64,000 bases of DNA from Okamejei kenojei (taxonomy: Eukaryota): positions 22,692,001 through 22,756,000 of the forward strand of contig CM069163.1 of NCBI GenBank assembly GCA_035221665.1, given 5' to 3'. The notes under the pieces are model-generated. The model was not told the DNA's origin and ran no database searches. It was given only the letters and a program-made list of their open reading frames with translations. Below are positions 23,571-37,628 of the stretch, one piece after another (position 1 is the first letter of the stretch; the number at the start of each line of letters is the position of its first letter). The position numbers and the translations under genes were made by a program.

Positions 23571-24084
23571 TTTAAAGATCTCTACCTCTCATAGAGTTAA
23601 AAAATAAATGTTGTCACGAAACTGAGATTAACTAGCTTTTTTTTTTAAAATGGAAGATAACCATGTGATATTGTTTCTGTATTTCTTCTGTGCAAGGAGA
23701 AATAAAATTAGAGGTCAATTCATAAACAATTGTTGAATGAACATGGGCTATCTTACTTGATTTTGGTCAGAAGACTTTTTGTATTGCATTGTGTCAAATC
23801 TATTATCGTTGTGTGAAAAGCGTTTGTGTTAAATGTATTCCTAAATGCAAGTTTATAGCACATTTGGAATTTAGCATTTATTAATTAATTGGTTTTGTCC
23901 TTTTGTATGCAAGATGCAGTATCACTTTATGTAATGATTTTAACAGAAATATTTCAAAACAACACTGGCGTTATCAAAGAAAATTTATATTGTCTCATGT
24001 GAAGGTATTGGTGCATTACTAAACTTTTAAAACGCAAGTTGGATTTTAATGAGAGTCTTCAGGAGGGGTAGAGAGATCATACGA

Positions 24085-24230
24085 CATAGGAGCAGAATTG
24101 GGCTATTTGGCCCATTGAATCTGCTCTGCCATTCAATCATGTCTGATCTATTTTTCCTTCTCAAGCCTATTCTCCCTGTAATCTTTGATGCCCTTACTAA
24201 TCAAGAACCCAATCAGTCTCAACTTTAAAC
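24085..24230 (-). mobile_element. CR1 3' UTR fragment
   Basis: cataggagcagaattgggctatttggcccattgaatctgctctgccattcaatcatg, the reverse complement of the CR1 tail seen elsewhere in the window. Confidence 0.7.
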
Positions 24231-24899
24231 ATAAATATCCTCTGCAACCACTGCTTTAGAGATAAAGGAGATGATCTCCAAGCTTTTAGGAACTTGGCTC
24301 TAAATGGTGGAGTGATTTTGTTTTAAAATAATCAAAAAGGGGCAAGGCATGAAAGTGAGGATAAGAATTTTGAAGTTAATGGTTTTCTGAACTGCAATAT
24401 CATGGAGAACTGATAATTGGGATGATGCTGTATATATCAATGCAGCATGCCTTACTATGATAGAAAGTTATAGGGAAGGCAGGAGTACAATGACATGTTT
24501 GTGTTTTGAGGTGAACCCTTGGATGAGGGATTCAGCTGAAGATGGGCGAGTTGGATGGTGATAATGAGTTGGAACAGTCGAAATCTGTCACAGAAACAAT
24601 GTTCAAAACGTATCTTGGTCAGAAAACATACCTTGCTTGTGAGCAGTGAATCCATTTTCAGAAAGATGCGATGTGACAGATTCCGTGACGGGGGAACGGT
24701 CTTTGTGACAAGTACTTTATTTGTTTTCACTGAACCATTCTTAAATGTCAGACAGGCTGATAATTTATAAATACCAGGCCAAGAGAGATGGTGGTGATTT
24801 GATAAATGTGGGTATTATTATGATATAGTGGAAACTGTTGTGCTTTAGAATGATGATGCTGAGGAGCAGCACAAAGGCAAGCATTAAGGAAGTTGAAGG

Positions 24900-25960
24900 A
24901 TGAATCGAGTGTTTAATTGTCAATTGAACCGAAAACAAAATAATTGAATTATTTTTTTCTTACTTGCACAGTGTATTATGTTTACATATTCTGTTGTGCT
25001 GCAGCAAGCAAGAATTTCATTGTCCTATCTGGGTCACATGACAATAAAACTCTTGACTCTTGACTTTACTCTTGACAGATCTGTAAACACAGTACTCATG
25101 AATAACACAATAATAAAAATAGAATTGACAAATTAAAATGCATTGTTAACGCAAAACAAAAGCCCAGAGTCCCTAGATCAACCAAAATCATTGCAATTAA
25201 TAATTTTTTTGGTGTTTGTAGTGTTCAAGAGTCAGATTTTTGGGAAAAAGCTGTCCCTGAACCTGAAGGTCAGTTTTCAAACTGCAATATCTTCCTGATG
25301 AAGAAGAATTGCCAGTAATGTGTCCAACAATATTGGTGTGATTGTCATTGGTGTCAATGTCATTTAATGGTGGGTAGGAGCTGTGCCCGGCTACACAGTC
25401 ATGGGTATAGAAGGAGCCTTGGTGTGCCTGTGCTGATGGTTATCGAGGAGGAAGTGTTGTTATCAGTTCGTAGCTATCTGGTCTGTGATGAGGACATCAC
25501 AATCCAGTTGCAAAGGATGCACAAAGACCCAGTTCTGTGAGCTTGTTAACAGGTTTTTAGGGGATGATGGTGTTGAATGCCGAGCTATAATCTATGAACA
25601 GCAGCTTGACGTATGTTTTCTTATTGTCCAAGTAGGCAGTGCAGAACGGAGAGCTAGCAAGATTGTATCTCCTATTGATCTATTGTGGCCGTGGCAAATT
25701 GTAGTGGGTCCAGGTTCTTGATAAGGTAGGAGTTGATATGCGCCATAACCAACCTGTCAAAGAAGTTCATCGCCACAGATGTATTACATGTCTAGCTATC
25801 GAGGCATGCTACCTTACTCTTTTGAGCACCAGTATTATTGATGCCCTTTTAAAGCAGATGGGAACTGCAGGTGTCTGTAATGAGATCCCCGCAAACACTC
25901 TAGACAATTGGTCGGTGCAGGTATTGAGAACGCAACCAGGTTCAAACTCATGAAGGATCT
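24900..25960 (-). mobile_element. Rex1/Babar-like LINE, degenerate RT (contains an oppositely oriented 3' UTR piece at 24965-25077)
   Basis: Minus strand encodes [18 protein letters not shown] (~25560-25620), a Rex1-type RT motif. Confidence 0.75.
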
Positions 25961-27885
25961 TATGATGTTGTCCTCAGTGATTGAGATAAGATTGTCAGGA
26001 GGATAATATGATCAACAGTAACTGTCTGCTGGTCGGTCAAGGAGGACAAGGATGGAGATTATCCCTTATGCTATAAGAGGAGTGCAATAACTTAATCCCA
26101 CTCCTTTCTTGGCTGAGAATGAGAAGTATCAGCTAGGTTTCTAGCTGATTACCGCTTAGACCTTTGCTGTGAATTATGTCAATCTATTGTAAGTGTCTTA
26201 ATTGCATCTAGAGGTTTCTGGTCTAATTTATATCAGTTTATATCAAAATGTTTCTTTGGTCTTTGCACTATCTTGGTCGGTTTATTGTATTTAGAATAAC
26301 TGATTTATTGTATTTTTCTTTTGTTAACTAATGCGCCTATAAAGCTGCAATAAGTACGAATTTTGTTGTTCCGTTCATATGTCGAACACTCCTGACCCTT
26401 TTGAAGAGCTTGGGGGATAAAGTGCCATCTGTGGAGTGAATGGATGTCAGTTTCATGTTGAGACTGCATTAGAACTCAAATTAGAGGCAAGGTAGTCAAT
26501 ATATCAAAGTGATAGGGAGAGTTGAGTTGGAGACTGGTAGTGGTGGGATTATTCAGTTTGTGGAATGATGAGCCAACGATGGGCTGGGGGAGGTGGCATT
26601 CAGATGGAGTGAGGTTGGAACGTGGGAAGGTGTGGAGAAGTTGCCGTGGTCAATGTTACATTGGTAATTTGAAATTAAAAGTCAAGAGAGGGTAAGAGGC
26701 CAGGTGAGGGTTGTCCAGGTGGAAGGGGAGAGCTGGAGACATAGAAACATCTTGTCGGTAAGGGATGAGGATTCCTTGCTGAATAAATAGTCAAGTTGAG
26801 TTTATTAACATGCACAGTTAGTCTGATTTTTTGTGCTGGTCCCCGAAACAGTTCATCTTGAGATGTTAACGTCCCGGAATTTGAAGATGCTGCTTCTATT
26901 ACTGGCACATTAAAACTGAACCAATGAAAACTGACACATTTTTTGAAATCAAAGAATATTCACAAAGACAGTGACAGCAGAACTCAACATCTTGTTAGAC
27001 CCCAAACTCGGGGTGCATGGGTACGAACGTGAGCCTTCTGCGAGGACTGCCCACTTGGTGTCGGGGAGGAGGAAGTTAAGGGGGAGGGACAACATGGCAT
27101 GGGTTGGAGCTGGGGTGAGATATTACATTTGGGGGGGGGTAAGAAGTAAATTTAACATTGAAATTGACGGAGAGATGAAACAGTTCCTTGCCCCAAGCAT
27201 TCATTTCGTAAGTCCTCGGCAGGAGGGGAAATTTAGTGGGGGAAAGTCCTTGGCCCTGCTTGATTATTCTGAGCCCATTTGAATTAAAAAATATATATTT
27301 TTGAATGAAGGTACAGAATCACTGCAGATGTTGATTTGCACATGGTTGTTTTATACCCTAAAACTAATATGGAAGGGAAATATGAGGGAAGTGACTGAAA
27401 AGTATGTCCTTTGGGAGAATAAAAATGATTACAGCAATGTGCATGCTTGATAACACAGGTAAACAAGTGCTAAATAGGAAATCTGACTTTGGAGTAGAAA
27501 AAAGTACAACTTTTTTTGGTTTCCAAATAATGGATCTTTTTGTAGTATTAGACAAAGAATTAGATCTTTTTAAGAATAATAGCTTTGCCAATACTGCCGA
27601 CAAAAAAAAATGCTGAGTAATTTGAACAGCTGCCAAATTTTTAACTGCATTTTCCAGAGCCTTTCCTGGTGGAACGATGGTATTGTGGGCTCTGCAGATA
27701 TTTGGTGCAGTGTGCACAATACATAGGATTGCGTGATTAGATTTGGGACAGAATTGCATGTGGAAGAAAAAGTTGCCTTATTTAAAGGGGAAATGTTCTT
27801 AACCTGAGTACCACTAATTGAAAGGAAAAAAATAAAATAGGAGTGAGTGTAGTGTGTTGATAGATTAGCTTATTGTCCTAGACTG

Positions 27886-28000
27886 GAAAGACAAGAAACT
27901 GCAGATGCTGGAATCTTGAGAAAAACACAAAGTGCTGGAGGAACTCTGCAGATGAGGCAGCATCTGGGGAGGTAACTTTTCAGGCTGGGACTATTCATTA
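27886..28000 (-). mobile_element. Older Penelope-derived short insertion
   Basis: aactgcagatgctggaatcttgag..cacaaagtgctggaggaactc..gcagcatctg; TCCTAGACTG repeated on both sides. Confidence 0.65.
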
Positions 28001-28214
28001 TCCTAGACTGCCGAGGGACACTTGTAACGGCAGCTGAGATGTATTACCTTGTACAACTCCCATTGTGATAGGATTTTTCTCTAGACCTCTGGTCGATATT
28101 TCTCTCTGGTTTATTGTAATCTTTATCAGATTTAGCTGTGAATAATTTGGCTGTAGTATTTACTGCATCAGATTCTACACTAAACTGTAGCTTGTTGGCT
28201 ACATTGTTCTTCGG

Positions 28215-29000
28215 ATCATAAGACAGAGCAGAATTGGGCCATTCAATCCATCAAATGTGCTTTTATTCTGAAGCTGTGCCCTCTGGTCCTAGATTCTTCT
28301 ACTACTAAAAACATCGCATTTGCCTTCCTTAATACCGACTCAACATGCAAATTAAAGTTTTGGGAATCCTGCACTTTCAAGTTCCTTTATTACTCCAATT
28401 TCTGAATCCTTTCTCCGTTTAGAAAATGGCCTACTCCTTTATTCCTTCTACCAAAGTGCCCACTCTCTCAAATTGTCAAAGTCCTTCTGCAGCCTCACTG
28501 TTTCCTCAACACTACTTGCCCTCCACTTATCTTTGTATCATCCCATGCAATTCCAACATCCAGATCATTCATATAGAGTGTGAGAGGTAGTGGACCCAGC
28601 ACCGACCCTTGCAGAACATTGATTGTAGGAAGGAACTGCAGATGATGGCTTAAACAGAAGATAGACACAAAAAGCTGGAGTAACTCAGCGGGACAGGCAG
28701 CATCTCTGGAGAGTAGGAATGGGTGATGTTTCGGGTCGAGACCCTTCTTCAGCCATTTGTCACTGGTCCCCAACCAGAAAAGACCTCCTTTCATCACACT
28801 CCTTGCCATCTGCAGTCAGCTAATCTTCCTTCCATGCTAATACCTTGCCTCGAATACCATGGCCTCCAATCTTGTTTAGCAGCCTCACGGACTGCGGCTG
28901 GTCAAAGGTCTTCTGAAAATCAAAGTAAATAAAATCCATAGAATCTCCTTTGTCTATGCTGCTTGTTACTTCCTCAAAGAACTCCAAGATTTGTCAGGCA
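28215..29000 (-). mobile_element. Degenerate CR1 LINE with a nested Penelope repeat (28625-28753)
   Basis: Minus strand QGSVLGPLPLTLYMNDLD and DDTKISGG; the nested repeat carries a hammerhead core with one substitution (GAAACATC). Confidence 0.75.
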
Positions 29001-29599
29001 AAGTACCCTGAAACGTGAACCTTAATAATGGACGCTAAAGTCTTACCAAGCACTGAAGTCGCACCCGCTGAGTTTCTCCAGCACTTTCTTTTTTTTTACT
29101 TTGCTTGCTCCCTTCTTAGACAGTGGGGTTACATGTCTAAGAAGAGAGCAAGGTTACATGTGCTTGGGGCGACTACGTGAATATGTGTTATCTTCTAAAA
29201 CCTATATGGGGTAAGTATACCTCGTATCCCGTATCTATAACTTGCATCCCTAATTATTCTCCCATCAGAATAGCTGTAAATGCATAGGCTTGCACACGCC
29301 CCTATGTCATTTAATCTGTGTCCCAGTTTTCCCTTACCAAATATCGTTGTAAATGTACTTTGAGCGTCCCACTTCATACTATTGTGAGTACCCAGTTGTT
29401 AAGAGTAGTTCACCACCCACTTCTTAAATGGGCAATACATGCCATATTTATAAAAGAAGAATTCGAGGCATGCAAAGTATTCATATTCTAGTATCGCTTT
29501 CTCGGGCCAATTAGAGATGCACATTGGCACATATGGTCTTTCTGATGTCAGCGACAGTGCTTGGACAAAATAAAAACCTTTCGCGTATAATCTATTACT

Positions 29600-30007
29600 T
29601 CGAAGAGATGATTTCAGTAAATGTTCATTCGGAATGGTGCGTCGTTGCCGATGCAACGCCGCAGAGGGTATGCGGAATTTACCGAGGATGTGTTCGGAGC
29701 GAATCTAGCTGTTGATCTTTCTGCTAAACACCCCAACTTTCAAAAACATTCTTGACCTTGAGAGGACTGGAGCGGTGCAGTGTTTGGGCGACGGCGGAGC
29801 TCGCCGAAGCAGGCGCCTCACCCCGATGACGGAAAGTGCCGAAGTAGCTGCCGCGCCCGCTTGACGGAATTGGCCGAAGGTGCTCGGGTTTGTTCGTTTC
29901 CTTGCTGCAGAACAGTGACATCATCATCGCGGTCGGTAAAAGAGGCCGGAGCGAGCTCGGAGGGCGACAGTGCAGCGAGCGAGCGAGCGGGCGACGGAAG
30001 GGTTTTG
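29600..30007 (+). promoter_or_regulatory. SPTAN1: CpG island promoter and probable non-coding exon 1 of SPTAN1
   Basis: Only CpG-dense non-TE stretch between the genes; CCAAT (~29507), TGACGGAA (CRE-half/ETS-like) motifs and TGACATCA; ends at a TTTG/GTATGT donor (GT at 30008); the first coding exon has only 3 nt of 5' UTR, so an upstream exon is required. Confidence 0.7.
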
Positions 30008-30091
30008 GTATGTTTTACATTTATCTGGAAATATGGTTTAAAGTCAGTAACTTATCCATTTCAATGCTCCGTTTTTTATTCGACCTGCTTA

Positions 30092-30098
30092 ATATATA

Positions 30099-30137
<39 letters not shown>
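30092..30137. repeat. (TA)n microsatellite
   Basis: atatatacctatatatatatatatatatatatatatatttatatat. Confidence 0.9.
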
Positions 30138-32303
30138 TCATATTTTAAGTGTGGTTGTTGAGAAATCATTTGAATAAACTATTGAGGTAAAACATCAAAT
30201 TTCTGTTTGATTTAGCATTTTGTTTTGACTGATATGGGAGAAGGGTTTGCAGTCAACGTGGTTATCGGGCGTTGTCTCCGGTCGAAGGAGCGAGGAATTT
30301 TAATCTATACATTTGAACTGTAATTATAGAACTGAATAATTGAACTGAATCTGACATCTGGAGTATTTTTTCAAAAATATCCAGACAAAATATGTAAAAT
30401 ATTTCTGTTCCCCGCGGCTGCGCATTTTCAGTTTTTTTCCTTCTATGTGCTGTTGCATACAATTGTACGGCATGTTTAAGATAATGTTAAACATGGCTTT
30501 TCTCTCCCCTGGTTTTTGGTGTTTTCAATCACAATGAGCTTTAAAATGGCTGCGGGGATGGGTTTCCTGCGGTTTCGACCGCAGCAAGGTCAGAGAACAT
30601 ATCTAGAATATAAATATCCATAGATGAGAGGAATCGGTCCAGAGGTTGTCTTGGGGAGAGGACTCGTCTTCATTGTGGCAATGTGGAATTCTTCCTCCAG
30701 GGAAGGAAGGTCAGAGGAGAGCGGTGGGTGGTAGAAGGAAGAAGAAAACATAAATATATTCTCTCAAATAGGTTGGCAGATGATCTTGGATTCAATGAAT
30801 GGGGAGTACATAATTTGATAGAAATAAATGGATTTGGCGAATGGCCCGACAGGAAGAGAAAATGTATTATAATAGCTAAATAATTGTTCGGTATTCATAA
30901 AATCCATGACATGAAACTATTTCTGGAAATCAAGTGGGGGGGGGGGGGGGGGAGAGATTTAAAATACTTTATTGCAACAAAATGGACCTTAAAATAAGCC
31001 CACATTAATTAACAGAACAGTTTGAAAACTGGTTCATTTAGATTCCCAATAACAGATGTCAGGGTGATTCCTCTAGCAACAGTTGAGGAATGCAATGTTT
31101 TTTTCCCCAAGAATTAACTATATCCAGGAATATGTTACATTGAATCCAAATCAAAATGTGATGTTGAAATGAATTTTATGGCCATAAAATTATGGAAGGC
31201 TGAGTGGTACTGGAAACAGGAGTTGTGTGAATTTTATCATTTCTGTTCCAGGACCGTTTCATTTGTTTAATGCAAAGGTTTAATTGGTTGGTTAACATGA
31301 TTTTAACAATTGTTTTCTTTTCGCTAATTTCATGGAAACATGAAATTAAAGAAATCTGGCCTCCCCAAAGACACATTGTTAATATACTTTTTAAAAAAAT
31401 AGACATACCAGAATTTATTCTATTCTGCTGGATTTTTGATGATTTAAGCAAATTGTCCACGCTTATTTTTTGAAACTGTACTTTATCACAATTATGACAT
31501 TAATCTGTCATGTATATTATGAATTTATTTGGTGGAATGCAAGTGTATAAAGCCATGATCCAATTATGTGTAATCTAGTGTGAAACAGTGACCCATTCTG
31601 TAGGAATAATAGATTGATGGGCCATTCGGACTAAATTTGGAAGATGTTTGCAAGGGATTCCTAGCTCTTTCCTGGAGCACAATTTATTAAAAATCCTCTT
31701 GTGTGTTTTGCAGTGCTGCTGATGTGTAATCTAAATTTAATTATCTCAAACGTATACAGGGAGGGGAAAATATTTTAATCGGGGCAATAGGTTGAAATTG
31801 CATAATGGTGAAAAGTCCAATTGGTGGTGTGCAGGATATCTTTCAGGTGATGACAGTAATTAAAGCTGTGCATCATGTTATTATTGGTATTTTGTTCAAA
31901 TGTTTATGTATCATATTTATAAACGTATATACATATAAACATACTGCATAGTTAAAGAAGATGGTTTTTTTTGGGCTATTGCAGAATAAATGTTTTCTGT
32001 ATTAGGATTTGACACGGATTTAACTACATAAATAAAATACTGATTCTACGGTTAGATCATTTATGGGGGGGGGGGAGAGGGGAGAGGAATAGTACCAGTC
32101 TGATACACAATGTTTTTAATTGCCACATTTTTGTAACAGGATGTCTGTGCACTAGAATAACAGCTCAAAGATTACATAAAGTTGAAGATGTATGCAATTG
32201 GAAGCTAGTAGAAAATTTTGCAGTGAATGTGTTTTGTATACTGCATCAAAAACAAGGTCAGGGTGGAGTTAGTTATTGCTTTACCAGTTGTGTTGGAATG
32301 CAA

Positions 32304-32405
32304 GATAGACACAAAACGCTGGAGTAGCTCAGCGGGACAGGCAGCATCTCTGGAGAGAAGGAATGGATGACGTTTCAGGTCGAGACCCTTCTTCAGATTC
32401 TTCGA
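32304..32405 (-). mobile_element. Short Penelope-derived insertion with minimal hammerhead core (32369-32396)
   Basis: 11-bp TSD TTGGAATGCAA (32293-32303 / 32406-32416); minus strand CUGAAGA-A-GGGUCUCGACCU-GAAACGUC. Confidence 0.85.
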
Positions 32406-35400
32406 TTGGAATGCAATTTGAATATCCTAATTTTATTTAAGGTTATAAAATTGTGCCGCAACAGTTTTAAATTAAATGACTTTTTAAAAAAAAGTTCCTT
32501 TGCTAATAACCTAAATAATTATGGTTTTTATGGAAGAAATTAGAACTGAGCAAACCCGCCATTTCTAATCGAAATAGAATTGGGATTTGGATGCGGTTGC
32601 CTAAATACAAATTACAACTACCTCGTGTTTGAGGAGGCCTGAATACAATTGCCTTTTTGGTTCAGTGTTGAAGTTTAGAGAAACAAATACTAAGGAATTT
32701 AACAATAACACTTTTTATATTGAAATATCCGATCTTTATGCAGAATGTATTTTGTGTGAATTGTTTTATAATTATTTAGCAGATATTCTGCTTACCAAAC
32801 AGCACCGCTCATCATGTCTTCATTCCGTAAAACCAAACTGCAGGTATTGTGTATTTGTGGAATATAGTGTGATTGACTGACACTTAATTGGTATGTACTC
32901 CAGTAACATGAACATGATTACAAGAGCAATAAATTGGGTGACGCATGCAGCATGCTTTGACAGTTGCATTTTACCTCCGACTGATATAACTGAATTCCTT
33001 AATGATTTGGAGTCTCATTTGCATTTTTATTTGCTCTTAGAACTGCTCTTCTAACTGCCTTTCTTCAATTAATTGCTATTTACAACAAAAATTCTCAGTT
33101 GAAATATTGGCAGCTAACTTGTACATTTATTTATAAGGGTAATTGTATAGAAACTAACGTCCTACCTTAGTATCATAGTCCTACCTTGGATAATGTTTCT
33201 TAAAGATGTCCTACAAGGTTATCATTCAACAAGCATTTAAATTAACATAAAAAGTAATATTTATATTATTTACAATCATTCTCTCAAGGAACCTTTTTCT
33301 ATGGAAGTATTTATGTTACTATAAATTAATTTAAACTCTATTATAAGTTTATATGGCAGATATTAATGTTTCTCTCAAACTGTTATAGAAAGACCTGAGT
33401 ATGCTATGTAGGATTAATCTTTTAATCTTGGTTGTCTTTTTGTAAAACAAAGCTTGCACAAAATACTTTATACGTGTGAAACTTTCATTTATTTCTGTTC
33501 ACTTGAGCTTTCTGATATTAATTTGGCTCGTGAATAAGTTGATTAGTTTTAGTCTGTCAGGCCCACTTTTTATTCTCAGTCTGAATATTAAACAGGATTT
33601 TAAAATTATTTCTTCAAAATGTAGTTATCCCTGACTGCAGCCCATTCTTTGCTTATTTACATGAAAGGCAGGTAGATGTTTTGCTCCATTTCTTTTTCAA
33701 CGCTTTTATAAACTGTTCATACACTAAGAAGCATGAATTACCTGGGCCAGACTGTTTGGTGATTTAAAAAAAAATCAACTTCTTCCTTTTGTCCCTGCAT
33801 CTGTTCCCCATAGCTTTCTGAATACTCTTGCTGCAAATGTTGATCATTTTAAATTATGGCATGACCTTGGAGTGATAATTTTGGCCATCGTTTGGTTGCT
33901 GGTTTGTGTCGATGTAAGGGAATGCTGTCCATCGAAGTGTGCAAGTGATGCTGTTGAGCAATGATGCTGAGACATGACTTCTCTTTTCAAATAGCATGTA
34001 TTTTTGCCCCTGTCATTATAGAAATTGTTGACTACCTCAAATGGTTTTATAATGTGGAAATAAAACAACACAATATATATGATCTTGGCTTGGTTGTATG
34101 TTTACATATATTTCCAGTGCACAGCTGAAGCTTTCATTATATTGAATGTAATTGTACTGTGTTGTCTTTTTGTAAGAATATAACAGTAATGAAGCATGTG
34201 TGGAAATAAAAAAAATTAAGCTGGCAGCAGTAACTATCTGTTGTACTAATGACAAGTGCTTGGTAACTGCAGACGTAAATTACTGGCCACCTTCCGTAAA
34301 TGAGGTATGGAACAGTAATTCCATTCTACTTTTATCTATTGATCATTCAATTTCACGTAATTTAATCATACTGGATAGAATATTCTAGCAAGTTGCTGAT
34401 TTGTGTTATCAGACTGGGCCACGATGCAATGGGAGTGTCTTAATCCTGAGCAGCTGGTGTGCAGTATTGCACATCAGCAAATGGCCCCTTGAGATTTGGA
34501 GTGGAGGATTGTGTGGATTGGAGACAAGCTTAGCTACTTGTTGGCTTTTATTAATGTAATATGTATGCTCTAGGACAGGTTTTTATTTCAGTACTGTTTT
34601 CATATGTATTATGATCCTCAGATGTCAGAAATGTCAGAGTTAACCATTTACAGCGCCGGATCCTGAATAATTTCTGTGACATTCACTAAGTAAATTGTCA
34701 GTGTTTCTCTACTCTGGGAAGATTAAGGGCCAGCAATGCAGAGTACAACTGACATCAGCTGTTCAACAGAAATGCTGGATGTTATCCCAGGAGTAATTGT
34801 TTTAATAATACATCATATGTTCAGTTTTGTAGGACTGTAACATAATGAATTGTATATATATGCAAACTAAATTTATTAAGCAATATAAAATAACTGGCAT
34901 TCTTATCTAGTTAATTCTGGTAAAGAATACCTTCTGATATGTGAGGAATTTATTGTTGGATTTATCTCCAGAAATGCAATCAATCTGTAATGTTCTATTT
35001 GATCAAAAGCAAAGCATGATCTATAAGACCACATTTTGTTTCCAGAGGGAATTTGCCAAAGGCTCAATCTATATAACAATTGGTCTCCGAACTTGCCAGA
35101 TACTATGATTAAATTGGACCAGGCTGTTGTGAATTCAGACTGAGAATTATTTTGACACCATGAAACCATCTTTAATCAAATTAGAATGGAATTTTAAGCA
35201 CAAAGACTAATGATTCTGTCTAGCATTAAATGAATAGATTCAGATTAGGAACAACAAAGGGAGTTATCTGTTTTTGCAGTCGTCATGAGATTTAAAAAGT
35301 GCTCGTCTGCTGAACCTATAATCTATCTCTGTATTCTGCAGGGTGGAAGGTGCAGAATCGTTCCCTACTGCTAATGTTGTTGTGGTAGAATGTTTTTTTG

Positions 35401-36108
35401 TGTGTTTTTTTTTAAGTTATGACATAAATATTTGTGACTGCCAAATACAATTGGGACCCTGAGAATCTTGGTGTTTGGAACTTCAACCATAAATTCCTTT
35501 TTGCACTGTGAGTTATTATGTATGATTGTATGCAGTCAAAGTGCAACATTAAAAGCCTTTCTTTTAATTTCTTTCAAATGTTTCCCTCTTCTCTAATTAC
35601 AGTATAACTCCATGACTTTCTAGACTGGGGGATTTTCTGAAGCATTGAATGTTATCCCCAATAATGCCAATGGACTCTTAATTCGCTTCTTTAAATGTTA
35701 CATAGTATATTACTTTTTCCAATGAACCCAGTAAGTTTAAAGGGAGTATAGGAAGTGGGGACCTGGTATGTTTCAAGGGAACACAGGAAACATGACCTGG
35801 TGATTCAGATGCCGATTCATCAGAATTTCCAAACAGTCAAATAAAGATTATCAGAATTTTATTGCATTGGGTCTGTGATTTAGATAGTAGCTGTTGAATT
35901 TTACACACTCCTTCAGAATGTGTACCGTTTGTGGGGTGATAGCAGAGAGGGCAGGGGAGACTTGTCATGAACATTTGCAGCTCTGTACATATCAGCTATA
36001 GGAATGTTGGAGAGATCCCTACATTTTCAGCTTTTTGAATTGCTGACTGAGAATATATTTTAAATTACCAGCGAATATTGTTCCAGTGTTTGAACAACTG
36101 CTTTTGTT

Positions 36109-36703
36109 TATAGGAGCAGGGAGGTTCTACTTCAGTTGTATAGGGTCTTGGTGAGACCACACCTGGAGTATTGCGTACAGTTCTGGTCTCCAAATCTGAG
36201 GAAGGATATTATTGCCATAGAGGGAGTGCAGAGAAGGTTCACCAGACTGATTCCTGGGATGTCAGGACTGTCTTATGAAGAAAGACTGGATAGACTCGGT
36301 TTATACTCTCTAGAATTTAGGAGATTGAGAGGGGATCTTATAGAAACTTACAAAATTCTTAAGGGGTTGGACAGGCTAGATGCAGGAAGATTGTTCCCGA
36401 TGTTGGGGAGGTCCAGGACAAGGGGTCACAGCTTAAGGATAAGGGGGAAATCCTTTAAGACTTTTTTCACACACAGAGTGGTGAGTCTCTGGAACTCTCT
36501 GCCACAGGGGGTAGTTGAGGCCAGTTCATTGGCTATATTTAAGAGGGAGTTAGATGTGGCCCCTGTGGCTAAGGGGATCAGGGGGTATGTAGAGAAGGCA
36601 GGTACAGGATACTGAGTTGAATGATCAGCCATGATCATATTGAATGGCGGTGTAGGCTCGAAGGGCCGAATGGCCTCCTTCTGCACCTAATTTCTATGTT
36701 TCT
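36109..36703 (+). mobile_element. Young 5'-truncated CR1 LINE (open ORF2 C-terminus plus 3' UTR)
   Basis: LYRVLVRPHLEYCVQFWSPNLRKDIIAIEGVQRRFTRLIPGM..LEFRRLRGDLIETYKILKG..WNSLP; tail ttctgcacctaatttctatgtttc. Confidence 0.93.
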
Positions 36704-37335
36704 TTTTTTATTAATTAACAATGTTCTGACTGCTACAGTGGATTTTAGTCATTACTTTCCTAAATCATTTAGTCATTTGTTGTCTTGTGAATGCTGGCAT
36801 GGTATTTTGCTACTTTTTTCTGAACATTTTTTGCCTCATGTCCGCCCCTCTGGTGAGGTAGAATTCCATGCATTCTATAACTTGCTCAAGTGACCACCCT
36901 CTTGTCGAGATAAGTGCCCAGAAGGCGCCCTAACAATGGGAAAGGGGAACAGATTGAACTAACACGCAGAATTGTGAGTCACCTGTGGTTATGTTGCACC
37001 TGTTAAAATGGATTTGAGGTTTAGCTGACTAAATAACCAAATTATGCTGAGATGAACATGGATATAGAAATGGGCAGTAATGGCTTTGAAGCTCCTTTTG
37101 GACCAAAGATTGCACGCACTACTTATGTGAGACAGCCACTTTGGCCTGCCCAGTCTTTTAATTGGAAGAAATTTCTGTCCGTATAGCTTTGAGTAATGAA
37201 CAAATAGCTTGCCAGTTTTGGTGACAATGTGGCTTGGTAACACAGTATGGCAAGAGGCCATTCAGCCTTGACTTAAAACATCTAATTACACTCGCTCCAA
37301 CAGTAATCCTATTTTATTCTGTGCACATTCCCGGC

Positions 37336-37628
37336 AGTTTAGAGAGATAGCATGGAAACAGACTCTTTGGCCCACCGAGTTCGCACCGACCAACGATCAC
37401 CCATACACTAGTTCTATTCTACATACTAGAGACAATTAACAGAAGCCATCTAATCTACAAACTTGCCCGTCTTTGGAATGTGTGAGGAATCAAGAGCACC
37501 TGGAGAAATCCCTCTTGGTCACAGAGAGAAGATACTAACTCCAGACAGGCAGCACCCATAGTCTGGATCAAACCTGCGTCTCTGGCGCTATAAGGCAGCA
37601 ACTCTACTGCTGCACCACTGTGCCGCCC
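37336..37628 (-). mobile_element. HE1/V-SINE-type SINE
   Basis: Reverse complement begins GGGCGGCACAGTGGTGCAGCAGTAGAGTTGCTGCCTTATAGCGCCAGAGACGCAGGTTTGATCC. Confidence 0.87.

Noticed and set aside
29724-30177. ORFs of 67-122 aa
   Set aside because: By-products of the CpG island and the (TA)n microsatellite (YIYIYI runs).
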